Made by a program: the position numbers and the translations under genes
Notes under the pieces: model-generated
What the model saw: only the letters and a program-made list of their open reading frames with translations
Database searches by the model: none
What the model was told of the DNA's origin: nothing
Source of the DNA: Eledone cirrhosa
Taxonomy: Eukaryota
Direction: 5' to 3'
Length of the DNA stretch: 64,000 nucleotides
Assembly: GCA_964016885.1 (NCBI GenBank)
Contig: OZ024751.1
Coordinates: forward strand, 1,550,001-1,614,000
Shown here: positions 37,148-50,904 of the stretch, in pieces
Position numbering within the stretch: position 1 is the first letter of the stretch
Layout: every line of letters starts with the position of its first letter

Positions 37148-39582
37148 TATGTATGTTCTTCTGGTTTTATAATTTCACAAATTAGATAGAGAGTCGGTTT
37201 CTAACATAGACACAATATTCTCTCATTGGAATTTACACATCAATTAGGTAGATATGTCTGTCTGCATGCATGCGTGTGTTGATAGGGATGTTATTGTATG
37301 TGTAGATGTGGATGTTTTGAGTTGTATGTGTGCATGTGTGTATGCTTTGTATCTGTACATGTGTATATATGCAGTTGTTAGATGCAACATTTTTGGAATG
37401 TTTTACATTAATGGATTGGACTTGTAATTTCCTAACTAGTTGTGTTCTTTCTGTTCCCGTGAAGCTTAGCTTCTCAAGATTTGTATTGAGGCAGTTACTA
37501 AAATACCCCATGCCCCAATAATCACAGGCATAAATCTGAAGGTGTAATCAGGGTGGAGTATCTGCAGATTTCTCATCATTTCTGCATAAATATTCTCCTT
37601 TTCGCTAATCTTTGATATTATATTGGCATCTGCTGGGCAGCTAACTTCCACTACTGTGCATGCTTTCTTCTCTCTGTCCCATATCATAATATCTGGTCTG
37701 TTATGCCTGCATTTTATTGGGGGTTTTACTGGAACATTCCACCAGTACTCTTTCATATTATGTACATGGATGTCTTCCACATTGCTGTAGCTTTTAATTT
37801 GTTTATTATCGGGGCTATATTTTTTACGGATTGCATTGTTCAGTGTTTTGGCCACTACATCATGCCTCATAGGTAGATAGTACCGCGATGACATCTTTGG
37901 ACAGCTACTGATGTCATGGGTGATATCTTCGATGTTAGTTCTGCAGAGTCTGCACTTGTTATCACATCTAGGTGTTTTGCCTGCATCCGTATCTCTTTTG
38001 TGAATCAGGTATTTCGTTTTAATTTCCTGTTCTTGGATTGCAAAAGCGTATCCTTCAAAGTGGGAGCCGATATAGCGGTTGTTGGTCCAAGATAGACTAC
38101 TTTCCTTATCTATATTACTCTCACGCTGGAGCTTCCTGGTAACATATCCATGAATGATTTTTTGCTGATAAGCATGCAGTTTTTTATCCCTGGATTCACT
38201 GCGATACTGCTGAGCAACTTCCCTGGGTGTGAGTTTTTGATTATCACACAGGGAATATCTCTCGAGGAGTTCCTTCCCAACTCTTATGATCTTATATGTT
38301 TCATGCAGAGAGACTTGCTCGAGAGACGGGCTCCTACGCTTCGAGGTTCGTAGATGTTGTCGGAGGGATATGATGCGACATTCAAATGCTGTCTAGACTG
38401 ATGTTAGGCCTCTGCCTCCCTGCTTACGTTTCAAGTAAAGGCGGTCTATGTCACTGTTGATGTGGAAGTTTCTGGTGTTGTTTAGTATTTTTCGAGTTCC
38501 AACATCAACTGCTCAGATTTCGTCTATCGTCCAATTGAGTATTCCAAACGTTGGTGTTAGGACAGGCACAGCAAACACATTGTGAGCCACTGTTTTGTTT
38601 TGCGCAGAGAGTTCCGATGACCAAATCTTTCTTAATCGGGTGTAGTATTCCCTGGTTACGCGTTCCTTATTACAGATACCATTACAGGAAATGTTCTCAT
38701 CTATCCCCAGGTATCTGTAGCAGTCCTCATCAGATATCGGTAAAACAGTTAGGCCATTGATAACAATGTTGCTAGATTGGGTTGTTGTTTTTCCCCGCTT
38801 TACAGTCATATATGAGCATTTATCTTGGCCAAACTCCATTCCTATATCCTTTGAGAACGTTGTAACCAGGTCAAGATTTTTCTTCATCTCATCCATGTTC
38901 TTGGCAGAGAGTTTCAGATCATCCACAAAGAAATTATGGGTTAGGTTCGTATTTGTGAGCCAATGCGAGCCAATGATGTATCCTTCACATTTCTTGAGCA
39001 GAAAGGACAAGATGTTTAATGACAGATGAATAATATCACAGAGAGACTGTCTCCCTGAAATATACCCCTGCAATATTCTATTTTATCAGTGAAAATAGAA
39101 TCCCCCCTCTCTGTCTTTAACCTTAGGATAGTAGCCCAAGAAGAAGACAGCTTCTCTATGGCTCTGATAATAATATCTGGGACTTTAGCAAGTTGGAGGG
39201 CCTCTATCATCCAAGAGTGGGGAACAGAATCGAAAGCTTTCCTGTAGTCCAGCCAGACTGTAACCATATCCTTCCTAAGTTGTCGCACCTCCGACATCGC
39301 AGTTTTGTTGATTAGGAGTTGTTCAGCACATCCCCAAACCCCTTTCTTTCCAGCTGCTTGTTCATCTGTGATGATGTGATTATTTTCACAGTGATCTTGG
39401 AGGAATAGGTTCAGGTAGGCTGTATACATCTTATACATCAGGTTCTGGCATGCCATGGGTCGGTTATTTTTTGCCAAGTGGGTGTCTATGTTCTTGGGGA
39501 CCAGTAATGTTTGTGCTAATGTCAACCATTCTGGTATAAGTGTATCTCCGTTAAGAACTTGTTGGTAGAGGTCAGTAAGATA
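37148..39582 (-). mobile_element. Second, frameshifted 5'-truncated copy of the R4-clade family at 16389-18907
   Basis: ORFs 39016-39525, 38513-39073 and 37466-37894 are near-identical to ORF 16408-18675. Same 3' end ATAAAACCAGAA(A/G)AACATACATAC. Confidence 0.93.
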
Positions 39583-39799
39583 TGTGTGTGACGTCTTAGT
39601 ATCATTTCGTCCGATCGTTTTTCTATATTTTTATTTTATTTTATTTTGTATTTTTCCCCTTGTATTTGTGTGTATATATATATATGTCTGCAGACTAGTG
39701 TGTTAATACACTTCTTTCTATGCCATGTATATATATATATATGTGTGCACGTGAGTATGTATGTGGGTATGTATATGTGTGTGTGTCTGTAAATGCCTA

Positions 39800-41390
39800 G
39801 TGACTCAGCATAGGTTACGGATCTCGTCAGACTGTACCTCCTAAATGAGTTACACGAAACATTCCCAAACCTCCGCGGTGGGCTGTATTGAGACGACGCT
39901 TTATTCACTCTTGAACATAAAAGGCACAATATTGAACGAAACAAGAAACACCTGCATAGATTCTTTAAAAGTTTCAAACTTAGTATTACCATAGATAAGA
40001 CTAGTAAAACAGTTAACTTCTTAGATGCAACCCTAGATTTAGAAAATAAAACATTGACACCGTACCATAAACCTAATGAAAAACTAACCTATGTAAATGC
40101 CAGCTCCAACCATACTAAATCGGTTCTAAACGCTATTATTAAAGGAGTTTCAAATATAATTAGCAGGCTATCGTATAGGGAGAATGCATTCAACTCCAAT
40201 GCTGGATACTATAACGAAGCCTTAGCAAAATCCGGTTATAAAAATAAGCTATTTTATATACCCAGCAACTCCCAAACCACCCATACTAGGCTAAATACTA
40301 TAATCACACATAATATGTCTATAAATAATAACCGTAATAGAAATAGAAATAAGAGTAAGAATCACACCGTAAATAATCCAGCCCGGCCAAAGCCATATAG
40401 GCACCCCAACAACCTACCCAATACCAATGGCAGTAATACTAGTAACGGCATGATTGGAGTTAAAGATAGGAACCAAGGAAATGGAAACGACAATGGCAGT
40501 GGTAGTAACCTAAATAACACAGAACAGCCGCATCAAGTAAACCCTAACAGTAATAACCCCCTAAATAGGAGAAATAGGAAAAATAGAAGAAGGCGAAACG
40601 CTTATTTCAACCCACCTTATAACTCTGAAGTCCTTACCAACCTTCCTAGAACATTCTTCTCGATACTAGAAAAGACCTTCTCGCCAGGCAGTAGATATCA
40701 CAAGATTATTAATAAAAATACAATTAAATTATCCTATTCTACTACACCTAATCTAGCCTCACACTTAGCACACACAAATAATAGGAACATTAGGGAAGGT
40801 TTTGAGACCATCAGATCTGCAAATAACCACCAACCACCTAACCCACTGGGAAATGGGTTGCATGTGGAGGTAGTGACCCACCAAATGCACAAGTAATGCC
40901 TCGGGATAGTGCAAATAGCCACTCGTCCCGACGCATGTTGAATGATACAATCCACAACTGTAATTGTAGGCGGAGAGATAGTTGCCCTCTCGGGGGCTAC
41001 TGCTTCATGAAAAATATAGTCTACGTTTGTGACGTCACAACACCTACCTCTACCAAAACCTATATTGGCTGAACATCCACCTCGTTTAAAACGAGATATA
41101 ACTCACATAGAAGCACCTTTAGAAATGATAAGCTTAAGAATACAACCTCGTTGGCAGGCGATATTTCTGTTTTAAAAAAAGCCAGCACCTCTTATACTGT
41201 TAATTGGAGACAGGTGGCCAAGTCTGCACTTTATCACCCACCGAGCAAAATGTGTAACCTGTGCCTTCTGGAAACTCACGCCATAGTTTACTCCAGACAA
41301 AACCTGCTCAATAGGAAATCTGAGATATTTTCCTCCTGTCAGCACAGAATCCTAAGCTCTTTCTTCTATTTTAAGCCGAGTATCTAGATA
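39800..41390 (+). mobile_element. Penelope-like element coding fragment (RT, Asn-rich linker, GIY-YIG), degenerate
   Basis: GGLY*DDAL, VNFLDAT, ASSNH, IKLSYSTTPNL, CNC..CPL..C, IVYVC..YIG, CNLCLLE. Confidence 0.9.
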
Positions 41391-43171
41391 AGCCGTTCTT
41401 AACTTAGGTTATTTTTATTTTTATTTTCTTTAGCACTCATTTATCTTTTTCTTTAGCACTCATTTATCTCTTCAACTTGCATACCCCTTAATGTTCCCGC
41501 ACCCAACTGGTATGAAGGGCGATCCCAACTTCGATCTCGTTGCATTTGACCTGAATTTGAGGAATGCTACACCTTAGTGTGGTAAGATCACCCTGCGTTC
41601 ATAGAGATCAATCAATGTAGAAATACTGCGAACAACAGTGGTATATATATGGGTCCCAAAAGGATTGCTCCTATAGCAGACTCTAGTGATTATTAATGTC
41701 TCGTGCTATGAGTGAACCCGACATTGATGCCATAACCGGCCTCAGTGTGAGTAAACAGCTCATACCAGGGGCATTTGATATTGCGTTGATTGTCTCTGGC
41801 GGGTTTGGTCAAAATGGGTACAATCTAGAGTTGTCCCCCTTTTCACGGAATGATTTAATATGTATCTTCGTAAATAGACAGCCGGACTGACCTCCCTTCC
41901 CCCTCCCCCAAGGGAATGGCCGGCCTGCTAGGAGTGTTACGATGCCCACTTGAAATGTTTACTACGACATTATATTCTGAGTGTTGATCTTTGAATGTGG
42001 GCAGAGTGAAGAACACAGAAGCGCCGGAACACCGTAAACACTGGAATTAAACGGTCAATTGATTTGATTTAATTAATTAGATTAAAACATATCGGATTAC
42101 CATTGTACCAGGTTGGAATATAATAGGCGATACAGTGGATGCGCCGAACGTACCTTACAGCTTGATATGTATAAAACATCTATACCTATATGACTTGGAG
42201 AATTTAAGTCATTCGTTACACCACGTGGTATGCTGGGAAACTTAGGATTGCAGGGATTCACAGCCCCACAGCTATGATGCGGAGATATTGATCACGGCAT
42301 GAGACTGGAGTAGATGATATTGTAATCGTAAGGGATAACACGGACGAGTGGAACACGTAAATACATGTATGTATATATATATATGTGTATGTGCGTGTGT
42401 GCGTGGGTCTATGTAGACTAACACACACGCACACACACATACAAACGTTAGGTTCTACTGATATCTATGATGATTGCTTTCACCTGCTTCCACTACACTT
42501 TGCTTTACCGACCTATATGTTCTGTGAACCACACAAATGAATTGCATTTGAACGCCACCTATAACACTTGTCGCCATACTGTGATGGATACATGGAGTTC
42601 CACTATATGATCGCTTTATCTGGCTCCCGCTATATCTGACTCTGCTTACATTCACTTTGGTTGATACCATTCTTAAACTGTCACCTCTGGAATTCTCTAC
42701 TGTCTACAACCATATTTACTTGCATTTATTTGCATTGCTTATATAATCTGTTATCTTTTATGTTTCATTTTTATTTTTATTTTTATCACCTCCTATTTTT
42801 TATTCTAATGTTTATTTTTATTTTTATTTTTATTATTTGTTATTATTTTTTTATATTTCCTTATATTATCATCAATTTATTGTTATCTTTATTTTATCCT
42901 TACTTCTAGACTCTACCCTTTACGTTTTATCTCTTATCTTTAATTTCCTTATCTTTTATTTTTCCTCATCTTTAATTATTTTTCCTTATTTTTTCCTTAT
43001 TTTTCCTTATCTTTAATTATTGTAACTGATTTTGGTCTTAATATGTATCGGCTTCTGGCGGTGACGCGTCGTCCAAGCACCCCACTCTCCTTAGTCCTCT
43101 GTGCCACATATGAATCATTCTTGTGATATAGGTCGGTAGAGTTTATACTATTGACCTAATTCCTTTATAAC

Positions 43172-43216
43172 GCTCTGATGAATCCTGCAATTATGCAAGG
43201 ACGAAGCACTGTCAGC
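43172..43216 (+). ncRNA. Degenerate hammerhead motif downstream of the PLE at 39800-41390
   Basis: GCT-CTGATGA-aTCC-TGCA(atta)TGCA-a-GGAc-GAAGCACTG-TC-AGC. GAAA has become GAAG, GUC site. Confidence 0.55.
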
Positions 43217-43288
43217 AAATACAGATTAATTGATGATGTAAGCGCTCTTTGTTTTTGTTCCATATGTATATATATATATGCTTAAATG

Positions 43289-43319
<31 letters not shown>

Positions 43320-44156
43320 ATATATATATATGTATGTATGTGTGCGTATGTATGTATATGTTTTTATGTGTGTGTGTATAGGTGTGTGTATATATGTGTA
43401 TGTCCATTTACATGCATGTTTGTGTGTATACATATATATATATATATTAGTTTTGTGAGGTTTTTGATATGACGATGTTGCAGATGTGCAACGAAAGAAC
43501 TTTGTTAGACTATATATATGTGTTTGTGTCTATATTATATATGTATTTTTGACCGTTGGTCAGTCAGTGGTAACATTCAGGACCGAATAAATTAAATTGA
43601 CCGATATAAAAGACACAGAAGCGAAAACCAACCAAACAGTGAGTGTGTTCTGTTATTAATTCAGGTAATATTATTACAAAAATATGACCCTCCCCAAGTA
43701 TAACAATATATATATATATATATTTTTTTTTTTCTTTTTATCTTAATGTGTGTTTGTGTGTGTATATGTATGCGCACATGTCTTTTTCTATATTGCTATA
43801 TATTTTTATAAATTATTTTTATTACCCTTCTTTTCTTATGTATATTTTCCGTTATTTTTCCAGCCTCACTTCCAATTTTAAATCTCATTTCATATTTTTT
43901 ATCCATAACATCTGTCTGACGACCGATCCAGACATGTATTATTATTGTCTGAGATGCAGAAACCTTTGGTAATGGAGTAGTTATATTTTGTGTTGTTCAC
44001 TTTCTAAATATATATATATGTATATATATGTATATATATATATGTATATATATATATATGTCGCTATTTCTGTGTCGCTATTTCTAGGAGGTTCAACAAC
44101 TTATAGAGGCTCGCTTTTTGGCTCATGTTGGCCGTGAATGTGTATGTATGTATGTA

Positions 44157-44650
44157 TGGTCGGGTCGTCGGCGACTAAACTGGCAACCACACCAAATTTA
44201 CTTGGTGAGGAGGGTGATTTTGGACACCCTGCAGGACAAAAAAACAAAACCTGACAAAGGGCGGAAGAACTCATAAGAGTCAACGGCCATCCAAAAGTGT
44301 GTAAATGTGTATATACACATGTACCGCGCGGTTAAACCACTGGGAGTGAAGGACCCCTAGCCTTTGTCAGGGATATTCTCGGAGAAGGCAACTCAAGAAA
44401 CTGGGATAACTCCGATATAAAACCTGCGGCTCAGTAGTTACCGATGATGTTTATCTTTTCTTATTTTCGGGTTATAGCTACTGTCGCTCAGAGAGTGGGA
44501 TTGGCTCAGTGCGCAGTCTTTCCTCACTTTAAAAAATATCTTCACGCACAGGCATTGAACGATAGAATTAATTAATAATTATTAATAATGGTATATCGTG
44601 CAATGGCCATACTCGATAACGAGGGGGCAGCCATCATGTATGTATGTAAG
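44157..44650 (+). mobile_element. Bipartite RTE-derived non-autonomous element (diverged subfamily) flanked by (TATG)n
   Basis: Starts TGGTCGGGTCGTCGGCGACTAAACTGGCAACC and ends CTCGATAACGAGGGGGCAGCCATCATGTATGTATG. Confidence 0.8.
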
Positions 44651-45084
44651 TATCATATATATTTGAGTCTGTGTTAATATTTAATAAGTTGCTATTTCTA
44701 GCAGGTTGAATGATTTATAAAGTCCTATATTTTGGCTCATGATCACCATGTTTTGTCGAACGTATGTGAAACCGAAGTATATTGTATTCCTTGGAGGATA
44801 TTTTACAGTATCAGAATTGAATCTTTTATGGATATTCATCCACCATTCTCCAATTTTATATTATTATTTAGTTAAACAATGGAAAAATTGGCACTTCCTT
44901 CCTGTTTTGTTTATCGAGGTTACATGTTCAAGGAAATCTCTTTGAGAGATATAACATCAAATTTCCTTCCACAACGACTAAAATCTCGTTATATTCCTGT
45001 CTACTTCTGCATTCTAACATGTGATATTTGTCTAAACACATGGCAGACTTGTTAGAGGAAAGTAACAATGCTTTATAATATTTG

Positions 45085-45390
45085 TTTCTGTACTCTCCTG
45101 GTTCTGAGTTCCATTCTCACCGAGCTCAACTTTGCTTTCCATTCGAAAATGGAGTCGATAATAATGATTTCTATTATAGGCACAAGGCCAGAAATTTCAG
45201 GAGAGGGGAAAGTCTTTTAAATCGACCCCAATGCGTTACTGGTACTTTATTTTATCGACCCCATAAGGATGAAAAGCAAGGCTAACCTCGGTGGGATTTG
45301 AACTCAAAACATAAAGGGCCATAATTATATGCCACAAAGAATGTTGTCCGACACTCTACCGACATTGCCGATCCATCCACCCTTGAAGGC
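45085..45390 (-). mobile_element. tRNA-derived SINE (45165-45390 -) with a partial + copy at 45085-45160
   Basis: Reverse complement of the SINE head and core (CTGGTACTTTATTTTATCGACCCC..GGATGAAA..GGGATTTGAACTCA). Confidence 0.8.
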
Positions 45391-46086
45391 GATAATAATA
45401 AAGATCCTATCGAGAGTTATAAATTGGTGGAATTGTTAGAATGTCAAATGAGATGCCTTGCAGTATTTGTTCTGACGTTTTGTGTTCTGCTTTCTTTGAA
45501 TTGTAAGACTGAATCAGTTGAATCAAGCTGTTGGTTTTTTCTGGTTTCTTCGCATCTGTTGCAAAGCTCGCGTTGTTTTCATTGTTCTAGCTTACGTATC
45601 TGACTCCCTTGTTTTTTAATTTCGCTTTGCTTCGATAGAATATTCGTATCAACACTACTTATAGTTCTGATAGGGTTATTATATATATATATATATATAT
45701 ATATAGGAGGAAATTGTAGTTTACTTGAAGCATTGCGTAATGAGCTATAAACGTTTGGAGTTAGAAGGCCAAAACAATGCAGGTATGTATATAGAATATA
45801 AATACTAATGCAAAAGATATTGCTGACAATTAGTCTTTTACCTTAAATTTATTTGAATATCCTTAATTTTTGAGATAATATCTCTTCTTCGGAGGGAAGT
45901 AAAGGGGTTAATCCAGTGTTCTAATTAGCTTGCCAAGTCATGCTGACAGGGAATGGTATAGAAATTCCATTCTATTTCTAATGTCAAAGAGTGAAGGTTA
46001 AGTGGATAAAGAGTTGTCTCCCTTTAAAAAGGGGTTTGGACATGTATGTTTAAGTGTATGTGGGAGAATACCTGAAGGTGTAAGCA

Positions 46087-46122
<36 letters not shown>

Positions 46123-46379
46123 TGTGAGAGGATATGTTTATATGTAAATGTGGGGCTAGATACTCTATCATGTTAAAACTGGTATTTGTGTGTGTATATG
46201 TGTGTGAGAGAGAATAAGTGGAGGCGTAAGCATGTGTGTGTGTGAGAGAGAGGGTACGTGGAGGTGTAAGTGTGGGGCTAGGTGCTCTATCATGTTAAAT
46301 TGGGTGTTGAGTTCTAGTCTGTTATTGATTGGTGGTTGCGTTTTGTCTATAATCATATTAACATATTACGGAAACAGAA

Positions 46380-47852
46380 GAAGATAGCCCAAACCTCTCC
46401 AGGACGCAACAACTCGCTCTGAAGAACCTGCCATCCGACAAAGGTAAAGAGTTTTGTGTCATCTCTCGAGCCACATACAACAACCTAGCCTTTGAACACT
46501 TAAGCTACAACGAACTGTATACAGAGATCTCGGACATAACTGCAGCCCAGATCGAAAAACAGGCCAACTCCATCTGGTTCGACATCTGTAGTAGAAGACA
46601 ACTCCCAAATAAATTTAAGTTCAATTACACCACTAGAAATAGCAGACTGCCCACTTTCTATTACCTCATCAAGACCCACAAGAATAGTACTAAGACACAA
46701 ATAAGACCCATCGTCTCTAGTATAGAAGGACCCCTATATAAAATCTCCTGGCTCCTCTCCCAGATTCTCAAGCCTCTACTCTCCACCTTTCCCGGGCATG
46801 TCAGTAGCTCCGACGAGATCATACGTAGACTACACCAACTCCAGCCAGAACAACTTAAACTAAATAGATACGCCTTTAGCCTCGATGTTGTCTCCCTCTA
46901 CACTACAGTCCTCACTCTTCCAGCTATTGATTTATTGACGGACTGCGTGGTCGCAGAGGACGTCCACTGCTACGGCCTCCATCTGACGGACATACACCAG
47001 CTTTTGTCCTTCACAGTGGACAACACGTACTTCACCTTCCACCACCACACATACAGACAGACAACAGGATTACCCATGGGATCCAGCGTATCGGCCCTGC
47101 TGGCCTTCACTTATATGAACCAGCTAGAATGCCGAGCCCTCAACACCTACCATTCCTATGCCTTCTTCACCCGATATGTAGATGACATACTCATCCTTAC
47201 ATCATCGCGTGAAGAAGCGGATAAAATATACACGACATTCTCCAGCATGGACGCCAGTATAAAGTTCAGCATGGAACACCCCGATGACCGCGGATCCCTA
47301 TCCCTATTGGACTTCCAACTCAGGGTAACAGAGGAAGGCAACATCCACACCTGCTTCTATAAAAAAAAACCGCCAGCAGGGACCTGTTCGTACATTTCAG
47401 ATCGGCCCTCCCAGCCAGCGCTAAGTTCGGATACATAAGGAATGAACTAACACGTATCCGGAACAAATGCACTGACGCAAGAGACCGAGACACACACACC
47501 ACACATTTCCTGGAAGTACTTAAACTGAACGGATACCCGACGTCCACCGCGAACCGTGCCAGAAACAACAGAGGACCCCACACCCGAGGCACTAACACCT
47601 GCTTCCTGAAGCTCCCACACTTCATTGACGAAACAACAGCCATCCGCAGAGCTATCAGACAAGAGGCACTAGATATCCAACTAGCCCACTCAGGACCTTC
47701 TCTACGTGGACTGCTAACCAAAAGACACTCCACCAGACATGACAGCCGCTGCAGGCTAGCCAACTGCCCCATCAACGACACAGACCTATGCCACCAGGCT
47801 TACGTCGTATACAGATTAGAGTGCGACAAATGCAGCAATTTCTACATAGGTC
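46380..47852 (+). mobile_element. Penelope-like element (RT plus start of GIY-YIG), a different lineage from the YRDD-type PLEs
   Basis: PSDKG, FYYLIKTHK, IRPIVSS, FSLDVVSLYT, GLPMGS, RYVDDIL, LLDF, VVYRLEC..C..FYIGQ, with frameshifts. Confidence 0.9.
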
Positions 47853-48069
47853 AATTTTATAGTTCTGGTATCTCAAATTAATACCATTGAACAACACATG
47901 TATTATAGACACCCTATATATTTCCGTGGGTACTTAGTACCTGTGGGGATATTAATCTCATTTTATATATATATATGTCAACATGAATGGACCTGTTATT
48001 TTTATCTAAAGACATTTTTTTCCACTTCCACCCCACCCGTCCCTTAAATCTATCTAATTTCTCATTCTT

Positions 48070-48105
48070 TCTTCTGATGAAGGATTATCGTGCGAAACGT
48101 TAAGA
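48070..48105 (+). ncRNA. Degenerate copy of the minimal hammerhead of 24036/28462
   Basis: TCTT-CTGATGA-AGGATTATCGTGC-GAAACGTT-AAGA. Stem II is mutated. Confidence 0.55.
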
Positions 48106-48114
48106 CCCTCTAAA

Positions 48115-49560
48115 AAAAAATCAATCTGTGAGCGCAGAAGTAAATATTTCGAAAAACTTTGCAACGGAAGGAAAACAGGAAGACGATACTTTGGTTCGTG
48201 AAGACGTTCCCTGGCAATGAACGGAAAAAAGCGAAGATAATACGTCATTATGTGGTGCGTGAGAACAATTACACGTAAAGACAAAACCACCTTTATGGTA
48301 TAAATTAAGTCATAGACTGATATTCTATTTAGGAAACCGAATGATTCTCGGCTTCGGAGTTAAGAATAATGTAAATAAATTAGTAAACGAAATTGACAGA
48401 GGTTATTAAAATCATAAAAGTAATAACAATTAAATATATGCATCATATACGTACATACACGTGCATACGCGAAAACACCCGCCATGCAAGCATATACATG
48501 CACGTACACATAAACACGCGCACACATACATAAACCCACGCAATACATGTACTCGCACACATACGAATGTATACACCAAATACACATAACAAATGTGTGT
48601 GTGTGTGTGTGTGTGTGTTGGTGTATACATATAATTATATAAATGTATACAAATATACACACATAAATACGTATATAACGCGCACACACACATACCTACA
48701 GGTAAATACACATATGTTCACCAAACGTATGTATACCAAAACACAATGTACACATATACACACCTTACATACGTGCAAACACGCATACGAGCATACACGC
48801 ACAAACATAAAATACACATATACACATAACCATTATACACCTATACCAGTATATATAATATATACACTTATAACAAATACAAGCATATATACGTACGAGA
48901 AAGTATACGTACCTCCACAAAACATACGGGTAAGATATACTTACGTATACAAATAAGTAATGGTATAAACATAAAATATACTTAGCTGCCACATCAAGGC
49001 GTAAATTATCCGCGTATTGTTCGTACTATCCGTTAGGGTATAATGTGGTGTTGTAATACAGGAAAGTGTTATGCAATTTGTGTTTACAAGCCGAAATTGC
49101 CTCAGATGTTTTTTTTAAGATGTGATCACTGGCGTAGAGTATTTCCAGGGCTTCAGCGGCGCAAAGATCGCATGCTCTTTTGTTTCCGTTATACGATCTA
49201 ACTTTAGCTAGAATATCCCAGTGTAACCTATATTGGGTGTGGTTGTCTTTTAGACTCCAGATATAAGCTGAAAGTGACGTTATATTCCTTCTTAAAGGGT
49301 TAAGAAAAGAATGGGTGTGCATGTAAAGACGCTGCTTGAATCTATTGGCGGTTAGCCCTATGTAGGCCCTACTAGATGTGGGTGTTTCGACCTTACATTT
49401 GTAGACAATGTTACTGGAGAGGCATTTCCCGGGTAGGGGACAGTCAACCCGATCCTTATCGAGCCCTCAGGGCAGTCAACCCGATTCCTACAATTACAGT
49501 TAGTACTAGCTACAGGGTTGCACGTGTTCCTACGGCTACGTAATTTAGCTAACTTTGAAG
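48115..49560 (-). mobile_element. PLE 3' fragment (GIY-YIG and long 3' UTR) related to the 19588-21645 palindrome
   Basis: CPLPGKCLSSNIVYKC..YIG, ORF 49026-49322. UTR 48120-49030 is collinear with 19655-20590. Confidence 0.85.
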
Positions 49561-49589
49561 CAGGGATGTTATGTGAAAGACTAGTTAGG

Positions 49590-50900
49590 CAGTATAACTG
49601 GCCCTTATACCTGACCAGCTGATATTTTCACAGATTCTCATCTACGTGTAGCTGCAGATATGCCAACTTTAAGTCGACAATCGTGGAGGCCCCCGTCATT
49701 CGTCTCCACTCTCGCAAGGTTTCTCTACAGACATCCGTGCCTCATCGCTTGTGTGGCATGACACGTGTTCGTTCAGCTCACGAAAGTCCAACACCGGCCT
49801 AACCTTGTTATTCGTGGGCTGCACCACTGCTGTTAACAGCAACACTCCACACTTTACCTCCTCCTTCCAAGGAATCAATAAACCCTCCCTGATCCATCTC
49901 TGTACCTCTCCCTCAAATTCGCTTCTGGCATCTCTTTTCAGAGTATGCTGATAGCAGCCCACTCTATTCTTCAACGTTGGTGCTTCACCCTTTCAGTACC
50001 ACTCAACTACCCACCGCTGCCCATAGAACACAGCCCTGAAATCCTTATCCTGTATGTGTTTTCTTCGTGGACCTCCCTGTTCTTCGTGGATTCTCCCTGC
50101 ACACTCACGGCACATGATGTCTCCTCGCTACCAAACGTTACCCCGACTTCACTCACTGTAACACCTCCTAAGCAGCCAATCACATCCCTGCCCATTACTA
50201 AATCGATTCCGTCAACCACCTGGTCAATCAGGATCGCCCGAAGCCTTATTTTTCTTCCCCGTACCACCATCAACACATCACTGCTACATTTCCATCAAAT
50301 CTCCCTGCTGTCGACTGCCCTTATACTGCTTATCCCGCTCCACTTTTTAATCATCTCTGTGGTCACTAGTGTTGTCGTGCAGTCCGTGTCCACGAGTGCT
50401 CGCGATGATTTCTCCCTCACCAGAAATTCCACTACGGGTGCGACTGCAAAGGCGCCTCTACTCGCTTTCAGGGATGGCTACCGGAGCAGTAGCCCCCCTT
50501 GGACCATTTCCCTGGTCGTAATTATTGGCGATATGGTCTGGCTGCTGGCAACGGTAGCAGATTATGGTTGGCTTCGGCTCTCTGCAGTCCTTTGCCATAT
50601 ACGGGCCCTGGCACCTGAAGCACCAGCCTCCGAACGCACGCGGATGACTATTCACAGCGGCCGTTCTCCTTTCGTCGTACGTCGGTCGCTGTCAACTGCC
50701 ATACGCTTTCATCGCTGCCAGCGCGGCAGCATTCCACCTCGTGTCCTGTGTTATTACACGGGCCTGCACGATTAGCTCGCTCGTGCTCATCTCTCTGTTG
50801 CCAGGCAGCTGTTGGAGTCTCACTGAAATTTCGTCCGGGAACCCGTTCATAAACGTCGCCCGCACGGCCCATTCACGTTCTACCGCGAATCCGGCCAACG
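49590..50900 (-). mobile_element. Gypsy-like LTR retrotransposon internal fragment (gag zinc knuckles, protease, RT start)
   Basis: CFRCQGPYMAKDC and CYRCQQPDHIAN, ARALVDTDCTT, KVRPVLDFRELN, IVDLKLAYLQL. Confidence 0.8.
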
Positions 50901-50904
50901 GATT

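Noticed and set aside
49945-50775. 276-aa plus-strand ORF
   Set aside because: Antisense shadow of the Gypsy gag-protease region.
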